Source: Okamejei kenojei (taxonomy: Eukaryota). From it: 64,000 nt of DNA. The translations under genes and the position numbers were made by a program. Below, piece by piece: positions 63,460-64,000 of the stretch. The stretch spans positions 60,884,001 through 60,948,000 of the forward strand of contig CM069141.1 in assembly GCA_035221665.1 (NCBI GenBank), given 5' to 3'. The notes beneath the pieces were generated by a model. That model searched no databases, was not told where the DNA came from, and saw only the letters and a program-made list of their open reading frames with translations. Numbering within the stretch: the stretch's first letter is position 1; each line of letters begins with the position of its first letter.

Positions 63460-63742
63460 AAGAGTCATACAGCATGGAAACAGGCCCTTCGGCCCAATTC
63501 GTCCACGACAAAGATACCCCATCTAAGCTAGTCCCACTTGCTCATATTCCTCTAAACCTTTCCTAAACATATACCTGTCTAAATGTTTTGTTATGTTATT
63601 AGAGTACTTGCCTCAACTACTTCCTCTGCCAAGTTGTTCTGAGGAAAAAAGTTCCCCCCTAACTTCCTATTAAATCTATCCCTTCTCACCTTAAACTATG
63701 TCCTCTGATTCTTGATTCCCGTATTCTGGGTAAAAGACACAG
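63460..63742 (-). mobile_element. CR1 3' end
   Basis: catacagcatggaaacaggcccttcggccca..ctcaccttaaactatgtcctctg. Confidence 0.85.
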
Positions 63743-64000
63743 AGAAGGCTTGTCAAAGCCTAAAGGAGGTCTAATTTTATTTTAACCTTTTGAAAATTGG
63801 TGTACCTTCACATAATCTTGAACTAAAAGAAAAAGCATCAATGATGCGTTTGGAATTTAGATTCACCAATACTATGCAACGACACAACATTATCAATTCA
63901 GAAATTACTCCAACATATAATTGAAGCATTGATAATGACTGGTAATTCCATTGGGGAAATTGTGTTTAAACCTCGGAAGGTATCTTTATTGGTAACTTTA

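Larger units (their letters stand above)
488..64000 (+). other. SLIT3: 5' part of the very large SLIT3 intron 4
   Basis: Begins at donor gtgagt. I could not find the next expected exon (DLSENQIQ-like) by eye. SLIT2 and SLIT3 have a very long intron at this position in other vertebrates. Confidence 0.75.

Noticed and set aside
488-64000. SLIT-hosted miR-218 hairpin
   Set aside because: The mature sequence ttgtgcttgatctaaccatgt was not seen, and in mammals it lies in a much later intron.

Overview
This is vertebrate genomic DNA, almost certainly from a cartilaginous fish. The repeat content (HE1-type V-SINEs, HER1/CR1 LINEs, Deu-domain SINEs, abundant Penelope ends) suggests a skate, ray or shark. 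The only host coding sequence I can support is one 72-bp leucine-rich-repeat exon at 416-487 ([24 protein letters not shown]), which matches SLIT3 exon 4. The remaining ~63.5 kb is read as the start of the very long SLIT3 intron 4. It is packed with nested transposable elements: CR1, Rex1/Babar, Tx1/L1, L2 and HERO-like LINE fragments, Penelope-like elements carrying minimal hammerhead-ribozyme motifs, SINEs, Harbinger and hAT MITEs, and a non-autonomous Helitron spanning the assembly gap. Almost all ORFs in the supplied track are TE fragments or chance ORFs. I found no clearly new biological system. The best leads are (i) a Penelope hammerhead with an intact core whose helix I is extended by an inversion ending at the predicted cleavage site, (ii) a Helitron carrying a CpG-rich, codon-biased, possibly captured gene fragment, (iii) a HERO-like retroelement end with hammerhead-like words in its 3' UTR, and (iv) GC-rich non-autonomous elements that appear to borrow a Rex1/Babar tail. 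TE boundaries were judged by eye and are approximate unless a TSD or terminus is quoted. Family names come from recalled consensus motifs, not a database search.
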